From NCBI GenBank assembly GCA_977862235.1, contig OZ374563.1:1178001-1242000 (forward strand): a stretch of DNA of 64,000 nucleotides, read 5' to 3'. The translations under genes were made by a program, and so were the position numbers. The notes below the pieces were generated by a model. It was not told the origin of the DNA. It saw only the letters and a program-made list of their open reading frames with translations, and made no database searches. This DNA is from Dudresnaya verticillata (Eukaryota). This document shows positions 47,230 through 60,830 of the stretch, piece by piece; the first letter of the stretch is position 1; each line of letters begins with the position of its first letter.

Positions 47230-49200
47230 CTAATATGGAACCGATGTGTATGGGTACCTCAGAGTACAAGGCGGCACTACGAGCTCTTCGCAAGGATACA
47301 TACGTCGATGTAGTTCAGCTGGTCGAGACTCATGAGGAGAGGGAGCGCTAACCCTTCAAGCTGGCTAAGGAAAAGGTTGCACGCACGTGGGCGTCTGAAT
47401 TCAGCCCGTGCAAACCGAGTAATGCTGCATGTTGGCCGTCCAAGTCTTCTTCAATCCTCTTGTCAACTTTCCATGTCAAAGGCAGCAATTCCCGCGGCTA
47501 AGGCCGGCTCAGCGGCTGCGTCGGTGATCAATCCTTCCCAGCACACCAAGCTTCCTCAGACCGATTAGGCCATATACCTCGGTCCAACTATGGGGAGCGT
47601 CGATCCGCCGTAAAGTCTCGGCGATGTGAGGCACGTAGTAAATCATGGAATGGGATGCTCGCACAGCTTCCTCGTGAATTGTCCGTGGAGCCCCGCTCAC
47701 AACAGAATGCGGCAGCTGCGAAAACCGAGGGCCAGGTATTGTCAGGCTGGGGTAAGCACGCCAACGACGCCGCAAGAAAGGCACTAAGCATTAAGCTCAC
47801 TACGCCGACGGACGAAAAACGCCCCGAGTCGGCTAGTCGATCAGACTTGCAAGGCTCTGAGAGCGCTTCAGCTGAGGCGCTTAAGCGAATCAAGGATCGG
47901 GACCACCAACGATGAGCGTGGAAGAGTTTGGAATAGCTGCTGGAGATGATCAGCGACATCTTCGATGGCAACGTCATTGGCATCGAATACCGCTACAAAC
48001 GAAGGAGTGACTACCGAGCCAACGTCTAGACATGGAGGTGAGTTTTTCCGAGGTTTCTTTCCGAAACGGCGTTAACAACTGAGTGATCCTATCCCGTGCA
48101 TCCTGTATTGTGTTATTCCAGTCCTATTAGGCAGTGTAAACAGGTCATCTGGGTTCACAGCGTTGTTGATATCAACTGCGCAGTGCCTGCCAAGCACCCA
48201 GTGGGTGGCACGCACAGCAGTGCTCGTTTCTGCAGACAAGCAAGTGAGACCTGTAACATTATGCTTGGCTTTCCTATCGCACGCACGGATAGGATAATCA
48301 TGACTTGTCGTTTTGGAGAGCTTGCTCCTTGAACGAGGATCAGTGGGAGGACTGGCAGGAAATAGAAACTCTCCTCGGCGGCTGTCGCAGTGAGAACGAG
48401 GTTGCGAAAGGATGCAATCGGGGGGATGTGCACAGTACAAACAGATTTCCTTGTTCAAGACGAAGGTGCACGCAGCAACAGTCTAAGCAACCACGAACCC
48501 AACCTTTTGGGGTGTCCTCTAAGTAGAAGATATATAGACTCTACATGTGTTAATCGAAGAGGTTCAGCTTGCGCTGCATGGCCCCCGCGCGGTGATGACA
48601 AGGAAGCGACCGTGCCTGGCCAGTAGTGAGAGGTTCTAATTGACTCACATGGGTGTGATTACGGCAGAGGCCCATATGCGGTGGTCTTGTGTCGACAAGT
48701 ATGTCATGGAGAGAAGGTTTTCGATGCGTTCTGCGAACAGGCATTTGATGGGAGAGTTCGAGAACTACATATATCCTCTTGGATTCGCGGCAGTCAGGAA
48801 ATGCACCTTGGGAGAAAAGACAGACTCAGAGTCACTGCCCGAACGAGCACGTTGTAAAACACAAGTTGTCCCTATTGAATACAATAGAGCGTGTCAAGGT
48901 TGTAGATGAGAAAGTGTTGCGTAGTGCTACACGACAAGATGTTTGCAGCCAACCAGAAGTGTGCCGGCACTATCTACGCTTCATTAAAGTTTTGTGTGTC
49001 ACGCTACAACGACGGTTACCGTCTATCTCGCAAATTGCGAGAAGAGACGCGCCACGCTCCCAACACGCGCTCTCCCGCGGCCGCCAACCGCAAATGCAAC
49101 AGCGGCGCAATGGGCAAGCTGCCCGACCTGAGCCACCTCGAGAGCTCACTTGGATATGAAATGCGCAAGACTCCAAATGATGCACCAGAAGCGTAAACAG
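47230..49200 (+). pseudogene. Heavily decayed coding-like sequence, unidentified
   Basis: Protein-like fragments (EYKAALRALRKD..., LEMISDIFDGNVIGIEYRY...) broken by many stops. Confidence 0.3.
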
Positions 49201-49217
49201 TTGAATGGTCTGTCGTG

Positions 49218-52200
49218 CTACGATTTCTGTAGGGAGTCTCGTATCTTCTTCTTAACGGCTTGGGGCAGGCATCTATTAGACAGCTTCTTAAACTCAACGA
49301 GGACAGACGCGGCATCAACATCGTCAGCCCATTCCTTCTTGGTTCTGGCGTAGACAGAAGGGCGATATTTACCGTCCCACGCGTCCTGTCCTGAACCAAC
49401 CTCATACCACTTGATTGAAAGGGTGCAAACAACACCTGCGATATCCTTCTTCCAGCCCTGTACCTGTGCGATCCAGAAAGTCACATTGTTGTCCTTAATG
49501 TTTAATACCACGAAACGGTTGACACCATTCTGAACCATTCTGAAGCGGCCGAAATCAGTGTTACGGGCGCGGTAGGTTGTGCCCTCGCTATGGGCAATCC
49601 GACGAACGGTACTAAAATTGGTCTGTTCGACCATAGGCAGCTGCCTGACCTTCTCCGCTACTGCGGGTCTTGTCGTGGGCAGTAGGCCCCGAAGGAACTG
49701 ATGTGTCAAGTTCTCATCGGAGTACACGCCAGCGCAGGCGTCCACATACCCTTCGAGGCGAGTAGCGAACTCAAGCTCGGACTCGGCGTCCCTCTGCTTG
49801 GCGGTGGTCAACCGGTCATGGGCGTCTGCGATGACGTCGTACGTGACGAACCTCTCGACGAGGGTATTGACCACCGAGGCCCAGCAGGGTGGGATGCCGC
49901 GCTGCGTTGTGCGCACTCCAGAGAACAGGTGACTCGAGTACACCTGCGACGCGGTTCCATCGAGGAACCAGGACACCACACGTGCCGCTGCGCCTTCGGA
50001 TAGTCCAACGCAATTGAATGCTTGGCGTAGCTTTCGAAGCACACCAAGCAGGCGAATCGGCTCCTTGCCGTCGAACCGGTCGAGCCGGGGCATCAGGGCC
50101 TTCGTGCGGCTGAAAATCTTCGCAGTGTTGCCACTGCACACCTGCTGTTGGTTGTCTCGCTGATCTACGTCATCGAGACGGTAAGAGCGGTAGTCGATCG
50201 CCTTAGCGAACTCTGCCACCAACGTGGTTAACGGCTCGATGCCTGCCATGAGTGGGCCCCAATGCCAATAGGCAGAGACGGGGCCCTCGTGCTGTTGGGA
50301 GGTCGGTCCCCCCTTTGTGTTTTGCCCGTCGAGGGCTTGTTGGACCAGCCTGGGGTCGACCCCGTAGAACGGATTGCGGTCCCCACTCGGATAGTGCGAC
50401 CCCGCCGCACTCCTCGGTGGAGATGGCGGCGGTGAAGGAAAGCGATGCCGAGCTCGTTGCTCGGCAAGTATTGCAGCGGCCAATTCTTGAACTGCACCCG
50501 CTGGTGACTGCGGTCGCGGAGGAGAGCGCTGCGCCGACGACGGGCCCGTAGCCCGCTGGCGTTGCCGCGTCGGCGCGCGCTCTATCAACTCAACGCGGCG
50601 GCGGAGCTCATCGAGGAGGCCCTGTGACCGGGTTATTATGTCCTCGATGGACGCCAAAGGACCGCGTGGAAGCGTGTCCAGGTCGTGCTGGCCGTCAGCC
50701 TTCGCCGTAGCTATCGAAGCTGTAAGGTGGTCGTACACCTCGGCTAGCGAGTCCATGGTATCCTCATACAGCAGGCTTCCCATCCTTTCCCTTCTCCGAA
50801 AACCATGGATAATGATAGAAACGACCTCCTCTTCGGGTGAAGGCTTTTTCCCCATGTATATTGACAAGTATGCCGTCCTCGTTAGACGAAAGGAACAAGC
50901 TCTTGGGGTAGAATGTCTCGTTGTTTTCAACCGACAGCTAGTACTGGTGTCCCCGAGACAACCCGTGCACGAGCTTCATTTCAGAAGCACTAGGTTCCAT
51001 GACCGTAACGTCGCCTCGGAGAACCATCACGCTGTACGGTGGGATTGTTACCAGCTTGGAAGCAACACAGCCCAACATCAATTCCCTCGTTTCGTCGTAC
51101 CTCATGTTCCGGTAGATATGGGACGCGGGCCAGATGCACAGCACCGTAGGTTGTCGGCCAGTGAACTTCACAGTCACGTTCGAGATGTAGGGCGCTTCTG
51201 CATACACAGGCAATTTCCGCTCGGAACGGTAAGTCCTGTCCGGATTCCACCGGGAGGAGGTGGCGCAAATTTCGTGTGAGGAAACGTCCTCATGAATCCT
51301 TCTCCTACGCAAACCAAATAGGATCCACCCAACGGCATCTCCAAATCAGTGTCGTCCAACGGAAGGCCGAGGCTGCCAAGAAAGGAAGCAATCAATGTGT
51401 CCCCAAAAACCTTCGCCCTTAAAGCTTCTTCGATGCGTGTCGTTGCGCCTCTACTTGAAGGTGTTCCGTATGCGCTATCGCGATAGGACGATGAACTGCC
51501 TCCTGGGACATTACTCTCGATTTCTGTTGTGAACCAAAGATTTGAGCTCTTGACCCAGAGATTCTTCATGGCCACTTTTCGGTTCTTCTCCCAATCCTGA
51601 GCTAACGAAATTTCAACACTTCCACGGTTGTACATGACTTGAGTCCAGGGATGTTTAAGGTTGAGCTCCAGGGAGTGCATGTTGTTTCCACAAGCATCAA
51701 TTTCATCCCGAACAGGTACATCGGCATGGTTGAAAGCAGCTTGCATGAAATCTATGTACGCGTCAGTATTTGACTTCAGGCCTCGTCCTCCAACGCCTCT
51801 AGAAAGTGCACCAATGTCAACAACAAACCCCTCGCCCTGTAGACGCTTGGAAAGCACGTGAAAGTGGCATTTGTTGTTCATGGTTGCTTCGTCAACGTGC
51901 TAGCCAAAGACGCGGGTTCCGGGCACATTCTTCGAAGGACCGTCCTTTCCACTTACTGCAAACAGTAACGCCATGTTGATCTCGGCAACGTCGCCCCACT
52001 CAAGGTAGTAGGAAAACCTTGACTTACCCTGAATTCCGTCTGGCAACATCTCAACGCCTTTCATCCTTGATGTGTAAGGACTGAAGACCATCCAGTCCGG
52101 CAGGTTGGGAGTACCTTGTCTATGAGATTCCCGCACTTCCCTATCCTGAACGGCATGGAAATATGATCCGGAACGGCTTGGTATGCGTGAAATGGGCCTC

Positions 52201-54971
52201 TCCCCGGGCATAGGACGACGAGTTCCATTATCTATGCCCGCTTCCTTTGAGACATCCAAGTTTCTGCCACTGGCAGGATGGGATGCAACTTGGCCAGCCC
52301 CCTTCTTCTGTCCGATGTACGGATATGAAGAACCATCGGTATCTGTCTCATCTGACATCTCCATATCTGACGCTCTCATGGAAAGGTCAATTTCTGGTAG
52401 TGAATCAAGACTTGGCGCTCGTGGCTCTTGCGCTACCGCGGCTGCATCAACTGCGAATGGAGGAGAGTCCAATCGGCTTCGAACTACACGTACTGCAGGT
52501 CCTTTCACGGGTCGCCTTTGGGGACTTGCTTCTTGTGCGTGTGATCCTTTCGCCAGTGCATTAGGCGAAATGCCGTCGCTAGTCTTCTCTAGAGGCGCCT
52601 TATCGAAAATATCTCCAGAAATATCCTCCTCGCCTGTCACTTCGTGGACCTTGCCTTCAGATTGTAAACCATGCCCTGGGGCACGTGCCGTGTGGGTACC
52701 CACATCACGTTGCACAGAATTACTTTCCACGTCGCCCGCATCTCGTTCGTTTGGTGGAGTGCTCTCAAGATTTGGAAAGCATTCAGAACAGAATGCCAAC
52801 ACATCTATCCGGATATTCCCCGGCCAAGGGCAGGCCCTCCCGGCCATTGTCGATAACTGCCGATTGATCGGAAGCATGCAAAGTTGCATCTGGCTCGGAG
52901 TCGGATGAACTAGCTTCGAGAATTGCTATCATCTCCTTCACTCTTTCCTCCTCCAACCTTTCTCTATATCTCCTCTCCATATCCTCGTATCAGTTCGGTG
53001 GTACGGTGTTCATAGGCCTAGTTCTATTCGATTGGCGACCAGGACCCTTGCGTCTGGCATCCTTGTTGATTGCAGCCACACGCGAGAGTTCTTGTTGCTC
53101 TTGAATTGGCATTCTCTTGATGGCTCGCTTCATTGCTGTCGTCCTTGCTCCATAACTCTCTTGGATCCTTCTCCAGACCTCACTTGCAGTCTCCTGTTTG
53201 TCCGGGGTTGGAAATTGTGCCGGTGAGATGCCGGCTGACGCGTCATCTTCAGATTCACTGATCGAAATTGGTTGTTTTCCACAGAACGTCCTTGCTTCTT
53301 GTTGACTGCCGACCTCGGGGGCTCCCTTTGCTTGGCTGCGATGTCGACATCGCATGTCTTCGACGCGCGTTTGGGCATCTGTCGAACCTCTCCTCTCGCG
53401 AAATTCGTTTTCGGTGAACGACCTGACCTCGATAAAGGACGTTTCCCTCTGTCATCGTGCATTTCTGGAGACTTGCGCCCGACCTTGCTACGCGGTTCGG
53501 CTCCAGGAATATCTTGTGCTCCAACACCAGCAGGGTCTTGCACATGTATATCTTTGGAAAGGGTACTTGATGTACGCCCCACAGATGGGAATCTACCCGT
53601 CCTTTCATTGCTAGCAATGCCTGCGATGAATGCCCGAGCATCCGCAGTATTACTAAACGGGGGCGGGATGCCAGTACCGGATATGCCTTCGTGCGGAACG
53701 CGGGTTGTAGGCATAACACGTGGTGAACGGCGAAGTCCCTGTCGCCCGCTTCGGTTTCCGATGTCTTGACTTGGGCCATCAGAGGATATTCCAATTCTTC
53801 GGCGCACTGTACCTTCACCAGGACTACGCACGGACTCGGTTTCCTGCTCCAAACTGTTGCGACGAAGCGTACGCTCGCGCACTCTCTTGGCACGTTTCCC
53901 TGGGTCACCTGTACGACCTCCTTCGCTGCGACGGCGTTGTTGAATCGAACCTTGCCTTTCTCCACCTACAACTTCCATGGAAGGGGCCCTATCGCGAGAT
54001 CCAATCCCATTCCTAGAGCCCCGCAACGCAGGAGTCGCGACGCTTTTTCAAGTGATAGAGTTGGAAAGGATGGGTGGCAATATTATGTCCTGCGCGGACC
54101 AGATCGCATTTCCGTCGCTGTTTCCTCCATCCGACACCGAGTTTTTTTCACTGAGTCTCGCGATGACACGGTCCAGCAACGCCTTGAGAGATATGATTTG
54201 TGAGCCGACAATACCATCTGCAGCTGCTTCTGACAAGCTACCCCCGAGCGGGATCTCTAGCGTTTTGCCAATCTCTGCAACGATCGCTAGAATACCGCCA
54301 TTCACATTCACACTCCCAATCCGATACGATCCTTTAACCCAAATCCGGTTGGACACTTCGGGTCGTTCCCGCAGGAGTTCTGCAGAGAACTGCACCAGTC
54401 TTCTAATCGTAAACACGAAGTTTCGAACGAAGACTGCGGGCCACTCCTTCTTGCGATTCTCCGAACGTTCCAACATACACCTTGTTGACGTTGCAATCAA
54501 CACCGCAACCTTCTCCACGCATCCGCATTCATGAAATTCGTGGCACTTGAACACCTCGTACACAACCGCAAAACCACCATCGCATTCCAGCAACCGCATA
54601 TACACGTCGAATGCGCGCTGCATTTCTGCTCCAGTCATGGAATGCGCAGTATCAAAGTAGATACTTTTCGTTGTACGCGACGCAGAGTGAAACGCAAGGT
54701 CCACTTCGTTCCCTGCAACCACTTCCTCAATCCGACGAACTTGTCTCTCAAAGAGCTCATAAAGCCTTGTATTGTTTTCCAGCTTGTCGTTGAAGGAGCG
54801 CACGTTTTGGGAATGGAGAAAATCGCGCAGCATGCCCATGACGACTCGCTTCATCTTGCAAGCTTGTCCTAGGATGACTAAACCCCAGCTGTGCAAGGAG
54901 AAAGGTCCTTGAAAGGACAAATCGCGAATCCCGGAAAGAGCGCGAGTTCGGTCGAACTGTACAGACATCAC
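49218..54971 (-). pseudogene. Long disrupted gene: N-terminal globular region, disordered linker with a Cys cluster, 2OG-Fe(II)/PhyH-like segment, BAH/SH3-like C-terminus
   Basis: Abutting ORFs are joined by in-frame stops (52990, 51900) and frameshifts. Motifs FPHTK, LCIWPASH, IPPYSVMVLRGD and FWIAQV...SIKWYE...YRP. Continuity across the gag insert is unproven. Confidence 0.5.
49564..50774 (-). mobile_element. gag: LTR-less gag fragment of a G1-related family
   Basis: LLYEDTMDSL...EGTTYRAR is collinear with G1 gag (about 10241-11452). No LTR or TSD. Confidence 0.92.
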
Positions 54972-55438
54972 GACGTCAAACTAGCACCAGCAAGGCCAAA
55001 TCACAACGTTGTAATCTGTGTGGCGGTCGCCACGCGAACAGATTTCGCGACGCGTCTAGACTGAGTGCACCCGACTGTGACACCGACCTTGCAGATAGGC
55101 TCCGGTGGCGAGCGGTCTTCTGAGGTAGCGGAGAAGGGGCGCGACCTGGCGAAATGTAAAAAGGTTTCGGCGGTGTTTCGAAACACAGTTGTGCACTTGT
55201 GCGCAGCAGCCCGTTCGCGATACGCGCTTTGGTGAGCTTCCCTTCCCCCGACTGCCGTCAGGGTCAGGTGGGTGGGCAGTTGGGTGTTGGCTTGTGGGGC
55301 GCCAAGGGGGCGGGTGTGCGCGCAGAAGTGTCGACAAGAGGTATTGTTTCGCACCAGTCGGAGCACGCGCGTGCTGCCCGTGTTGCGTTTCACAATTTCT
55401 AAACCTGTAAGGTTCGTGCGAACGCGCGAACCTGCGCG

Positions 55439-55942
55439 TCAGAAGGGAATTCCCAACGATCGGCGGGCAACGGAAGCAACCGGCAAACAACAGCGTTCTG
55501 AAATTACAAAAAAGACAGGCCTGTGAAATGCCGGCATTTCCTTCAACAATTTCTCAGATAAAATACATGGGCCAAGCGCTTGAACAGCTCTGGACCGTGT
55601 CCCTGCAGGCATGCCCTCACGGCATGCCACAATTACAATTTCCGTGCCCTGGGTTCGATGGAAACCCACGTCGACACGCACAGGCTCCACTCCAGGTTTC
55701 TGGAATGGCTTCAGGAACAAGCCTCCGTGGTGAACACTCCAATAACAAGCAACTATCGCGTATTTGTGAAGGGAGGTCTGGTTATCACCACGTGTTCCAA
55801 TCAAGTGTTGCGGATGATGGTGCTGTATTGCGGTATCAACTGCTGGACACCTATCAATGTGTATCATATCATAAAGATCCCTCCCGAACCCTGCTTTCCT
55901 CACAATGCGTTGCAGAGCAGGTACCGCTTTATCGTGAAACAT
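55439..55942 (-). CDS. Hypothetical protein fragment, weakly 2OG-Fe(II) dioxygenase-like
   Basis: TAIQHHHPQHLIGTRGD...VACYWSV...GGLF spacing recalls the double-stranded beta-helix core, but the HxD motif reads RGD. Confidence 0.3.
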   Translation of the reverse strand: MFHDKAVPALQRIVRKAGFGRDLYDMIHIDRCPAVDTAIQHHHPQHLIGTRGDNQTSLHKYAIVACYWSVHHGGLFLKPFQKPGVEPVRVDVGFHRTQGTEIVIVACREGMPAGTRSRAVQALGPCILSEKLLKEMPAFHRPVFFVISERCCLPVASVARRSLGIPF

Positions 55943-57684
55943 TTTGAGTACTCAAATGGGATTAATCCAATAGAGTAAGTGTGCAAGCTTGGAAATGATG
56001 ATATGCATCTCATCGTGAGGGATTTAGCGCTCGGTTGCCACGGCTGCATGCGGTCTGAGTTCCAGTTTTCCCGTTCGGGATGTGTCGACACCCAGATGCG
56101 TCTCGGGGAAACACAGTTTTTGCAGTTTGCAGTTTCCCCTTTTGTGGTTTGTGAATGCACAAATGCTGCTTGCCTTCAGACAAGAGGTCTTGCTCCTACC
56201 TATACCTATAGGTAATTCTATTTCCTTTCCGATGTGTTTCTAACGGCATGGTCATTACGTTATACTATTATAGCTACAATACTGGGATATATCGTATATT
56301 GTAGCAACAAAGTCTTTTCTTGTCGATGTGAAGGGGTCCGGGGAACCCTTCGTAATTTTTTCCGGTGAAGAGTTGTATTTTGTTTCTCTGCATTGAAAGA
56401 GTAAGTCTAACCTTACTGCTAGGTTTGTAGCCAAACGCATATATGCGTTTGTATACGGTATATATTTGTATATAAGAATAATTACTCATGAAGCCTCTGT
56501 CATCCTTTCGGCCGAGGTACTCGGCACTTCAGTAAGTATTCTATAGTTACTGAAATAAGTAAGTCAGTAAGTATCTGAATTCTACTTCAGTAAGTATTCT
56601 ATACAGCTACGATCCTTTCCCTTCTTTGGAAAGGATGCCTCTAAGAAATCTTGTACATGTACTAGAAGCTCAGAGTGGTGTTCCACTAGAGTTCCCTGTG
56701 GTGCAATGGCCGTACGCGGCTGTAGAGCACCCCCGAGAGTTCGGGCTCGGGAAGGTAGCTGCGCGATCACGCGTGAGAAAGGCGTAAACGCGGTGGTAGA
56801 GCTAGGAAGCAATCCGGCGGCGGACTGTAAACACCGTCGGGTTGTGTGTGGGCGTGGACGCCAGCAGTAGGTGTAAACACCAGTGAAGGGGCGTAGACGC
56901 CAAAGGTGAAGGGAGGATGAAGGGATAAGGGGAGGACCGGAAGGGGTGTGCTGGAGAGGTAGAAACGGGGGAAATGAAGGGAGCCGAGCGCGGCGCGGGG
57001 AGGAGCAGCAGGGAGGTGCGCGTAGGGAGCGTCGGGCAGGCGGTTGGCACGGGTTGCGCTAGCCTTAGCCCGCGGTGACGCCGAGCAACGAGCTCGTGGG
57101 TCAGGCGCGGGGGAACTCAGCTGCAGAGCCCATGCTTGGGGTTGGTTTACTGAGGGTGGCCGGCGCCACTCGCCTTAAGTCCCTGGCCACGGCGGTAGGA
57201 TAGCTAGGGCTACCATACACTACCTACAATAAACTAACACTGACACCTCAGTGTACCTAGTGTACACTGAGTGTCGACTACTGTAAAGGGAAATGTAAGT
57301 AATAAGAGCGCGCGCGGGCAGGCCCAGAATGGGCTGCGCGCGTCCGAAGTGGGCCGGCGTGGCCACGTGTGCTACCTAACGAACACAAGTGTGTACGCCT
57401 TCGCGAGTAACGCGCTGATCACGTGTTAACACGAAAAGGGGCAATATCGTTGCACTACATTCCCCATATTCCAACTAGGAGTACCACGGGAAAGGTTAAG
57501 TTCTTCGCGCTCGCACTCCAAATCCCTGCACCCTTCGGGTAGTTGCTCAAGAAATTGAGGGCGCCCTCCCCGGGGACTTCCTGGCCAGGAAGGCGAACAG
57601 TCCCGAAGCCGAAGTTGTTTCGATTAGCCTAGGCCTAGGCAGACCGCCTCGAATCGATTGGGATTCTAATCGTCTTCCAACGTC

Positions 57685-60600
57685 ATGAATGGAAGCGAAC
57701 TAGCTGAGATACTTTCCGAGTTCCTCCGTCAATTTCCAGGTGCACATGAGGATATGTTTGACCAAGACGTATCCTCTGCGCTATGCGAAGCCCAACGTCT
57801 TTCTGGGACCATGGTTCCTTCATCTCTGCGTGCCAGATGCAAAACTATCATCCGTCTTCTTTGGACCTCCATGGATGCGATACCCGCTGTCGTCATATCC
57901 TTTCGCATCTATCTTCAAGGCTAAAGGATGGTTTACATTCCCACTTAGCAATGGGAAGAGGAGGTTGAATAACATCTCATTCTTGAAGAGACTTGCTGTC
58001 ATGCATGGAGACGAGGATAAGAAAGGTCCAGTGCGCCCTTCCTTACACAAAGGTTTCGTTCGGGACTTTGCCCAGGTCGACCCCGCTGGATGGAGATGTA
58101 TTCTTACATTTTCTATTCATCTCATGGGGATACAATCTACCATCGAGGACATCAAAAGTGCGCAACAACGGAAAAGAAGGGATGGGCACCGGCGGAACAG
58201 AATATTTGGTCCCGAACAGACCCTCCTTGATCCATTGCAGTTTACAAGAAGTTACTACGGTGAAACGGTACTGGTACACTCACCTCTACTCGAAAACGAC
58301 GTGTATCCAGCTTTCGAAAGCTTCGCTGGGAATGTAGGTGTGTTGAAGGAAGTCGAACGGATTCTAAAATCCTTCACGACATATGTCGTTTCTCACCAGC
58401 AGTCACAGGATTCCGGGTAATCCCGTAGACGATGTGGACTTCTTGAAGGCGTGTGCAGGGTGACGAGCGAAAACGTTGCATACTACGTCGATTCATGCGC
58501 GAGAAGGTGCATTGGAAAAGAAATTCTTTCAAGACTTCGTGCAGCAGTGGATCTCGAAGAAGGTAATGGTGAGCATGGTTCTGGAACCGCCGTTCTTCGG
58601 TCCACATACCCGCCATCACCTCAGGATTTCGGTTGTGGACGGGCAGAAACTAGGTTTGGACCTTTTCCTCGAAGGGTGCTACCATGCCATCTCAAGCTCT
58701 TTTGAAACCGGTGATAACAGATTGGATTGCCAAATTCTTGCAAAGCAGTGGGTCCGGAGCGTTTTCCACGACGGGCCTGCGGGGTTGATAGTAACCGACG
58801 CCCCGAATATGGTTGCAAACAAGTCCGGTGCGGATGCGAACCAAGCGGAAGTGACATCGTTTCGAAAGGATGATTGTGCAGAATCACGCTTCTATGGTCT
58901 GCAGTCTTTCATGTCAGCAAGTTGTGCAGAAGGCAACATACGTGTACCGCATCAACATTATCATGCAGTGATGCATGAAGGAGCGTCCCAAGCTGAGGTG
59001 ATGAAGGTACACTCTTTTCAAGACATCATGGATTTTCGTTGAATCAGAACATAGGTGTTTTACAAAACCACCCGAACTGGAAAGCTGCGAAACTTCCATT
59101 GAGCCGGGAAAGGTTATAGACACCCGACCTCTTCCGACGTTTGTCAAATATAGAAGGGATAAGAGACCAGGGGCCCCTGGTCTCCTGATACCGGAACCAA
59201 GTGGGAAAAGCCGATGTCTGGATACCACTACAGTTGAGAGAATTATGTCATCACTTTCAGGATTCAGTAGGCTCGAAATCTTGGACGTCCTCCAGGAGAA
59301 CTACATAACCCCAGTGTCTATTCAAGACATGATGGAACTACTGCGAGGTATAACACCCAGATCAAAAGCTCAAGATTTCGTTCGGTTGTGGAAGCAAGCC
59401 ATTCAATATTCAGTCCTACATATTCTTACGGAATGACCATCCCAGACATCATTCGAGGCCAGTGAAGAACGATCTATGGGTCCAGAAATACAGGTTCTCG
59501 AAGCCAAGCGCGGTGGAAAATGAATGATTGTCAGTATCGCGTTCAAAAGCCAACCTAGTCTTCGTAGAAACGACTGGTTTGAGATTTTGATGAAAGGAAA
59601 CAGCGCAAGATGCCTTGTCTCAAGAACATATCGCAAATCGAAGGAAAGGATGAAAATTGAACAATGATTTGCAAGTTGCAAGGAAGACTGGGTGCTTCTA
59701 AAAAGTAAACCACAAGAGCGACGCTTTCGCACTGTTATCTGTAAAAACATGACTGCCTTCTTCGACCAGATGAAGGCCTTCGATGAAGTCCATTTGGCGT
59801 AAGGAATCTTGCTACAAATACTATTGAATGAACGTGGACCTGAAACCCTTCCGGCTCTTACCTGGAAGAAAATCTGGGACCTGCTTCCTTCGGGGACTCG
59901 AACAGCTATTGCGTGCTTAGGCGAAAATCCATGTACTACCATCAAGGAAAGTCTTCAGGCTGAGATAGAAGGTGTAATGTGCTACAATCTTCGTGTCACG
60001 AAGATGTACCTCCCCAGTTTTGAAATGGGTGAAATATTCTACCTCGTCCGACACAACTCTGAGCAAATTGATAGGAAGCTTGTCGTGGATACAGTCTGTT
60101 ACATGCTGGAGGGTTTTCCTACAAAAGCAAACAGGGCCAAGGGTGAGGATTATACAGCAGCAGAGCAGACCCTTCGTTGGGCTCAAGTCAATTTTCTCTT
60201 CGCTGACTATACGGCCGCTATCTTCCCAGGGCGTGGGGAAGACGATGATGATTGTATAACCTCTCCGGTGGCGTGTATACAAATTTTAGTGTTAACCTCC
60301 TCACATATGGAAACAGGTCTTGTGAGACAAGTCTTTTCGAAAGCAAGAGTCGGTCAGGATGGAGATTTGACTGCTCCCGTTGAGGTCCGCACGGTCACCC
60401 GTTGTCGAGAAAGGACAGATACGAAAAACGTTGTACAAGCTTGTTCTTTCGAAGGAAGCATGTCATTCTATGTAGCATTGATGATCTACATGAACTGCAA
60501 CGCCTCATGGATCGCGCAAGAAAGAGAAAGAGGTTGCACATTCCGAACTTTCGTTCCATTATTCTGGTTAATGGGGATCGCGTGTCTGTCCCAGCGTTTA

Positions 60601-60830
60601 TTCACCTCCTCACTTTCGCTTCCAGTATTACGGCAGCCTTCACCATATTCGGTAGGTATGAAAACGATTCAGGCGGGGAAGAAGGTGGCGCAGAATTCTG
60701 GAGAGGCAAGGTTGCCGCAACAGATTTGTCCATTATGGAAATGATGTGGAACATGAAGAGCCTCGACTTCCGCAGGCTCGATGCGCGATTCTCAACGGCG
60801 AATGAAACTTGCTCTTCACTGTGTTAAGTT
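57685..60830 (+). pseudogene. Long disrupted hypothetical gene(s)
   Basis: Consecutive plus-strand ORFs (57740-58420, 58476-59042, 59809-60744) with protein-like composition and no recognised family. Confidence 0.45.

Noticed and set aside
54965..54974. 10-nt match (ACATCACGAC) to the core of array unit 1 as a guide target
   Set aside because: Too short to exceed chance across eight cores and 64 kb. No comparable matches were noticed for the other cores.
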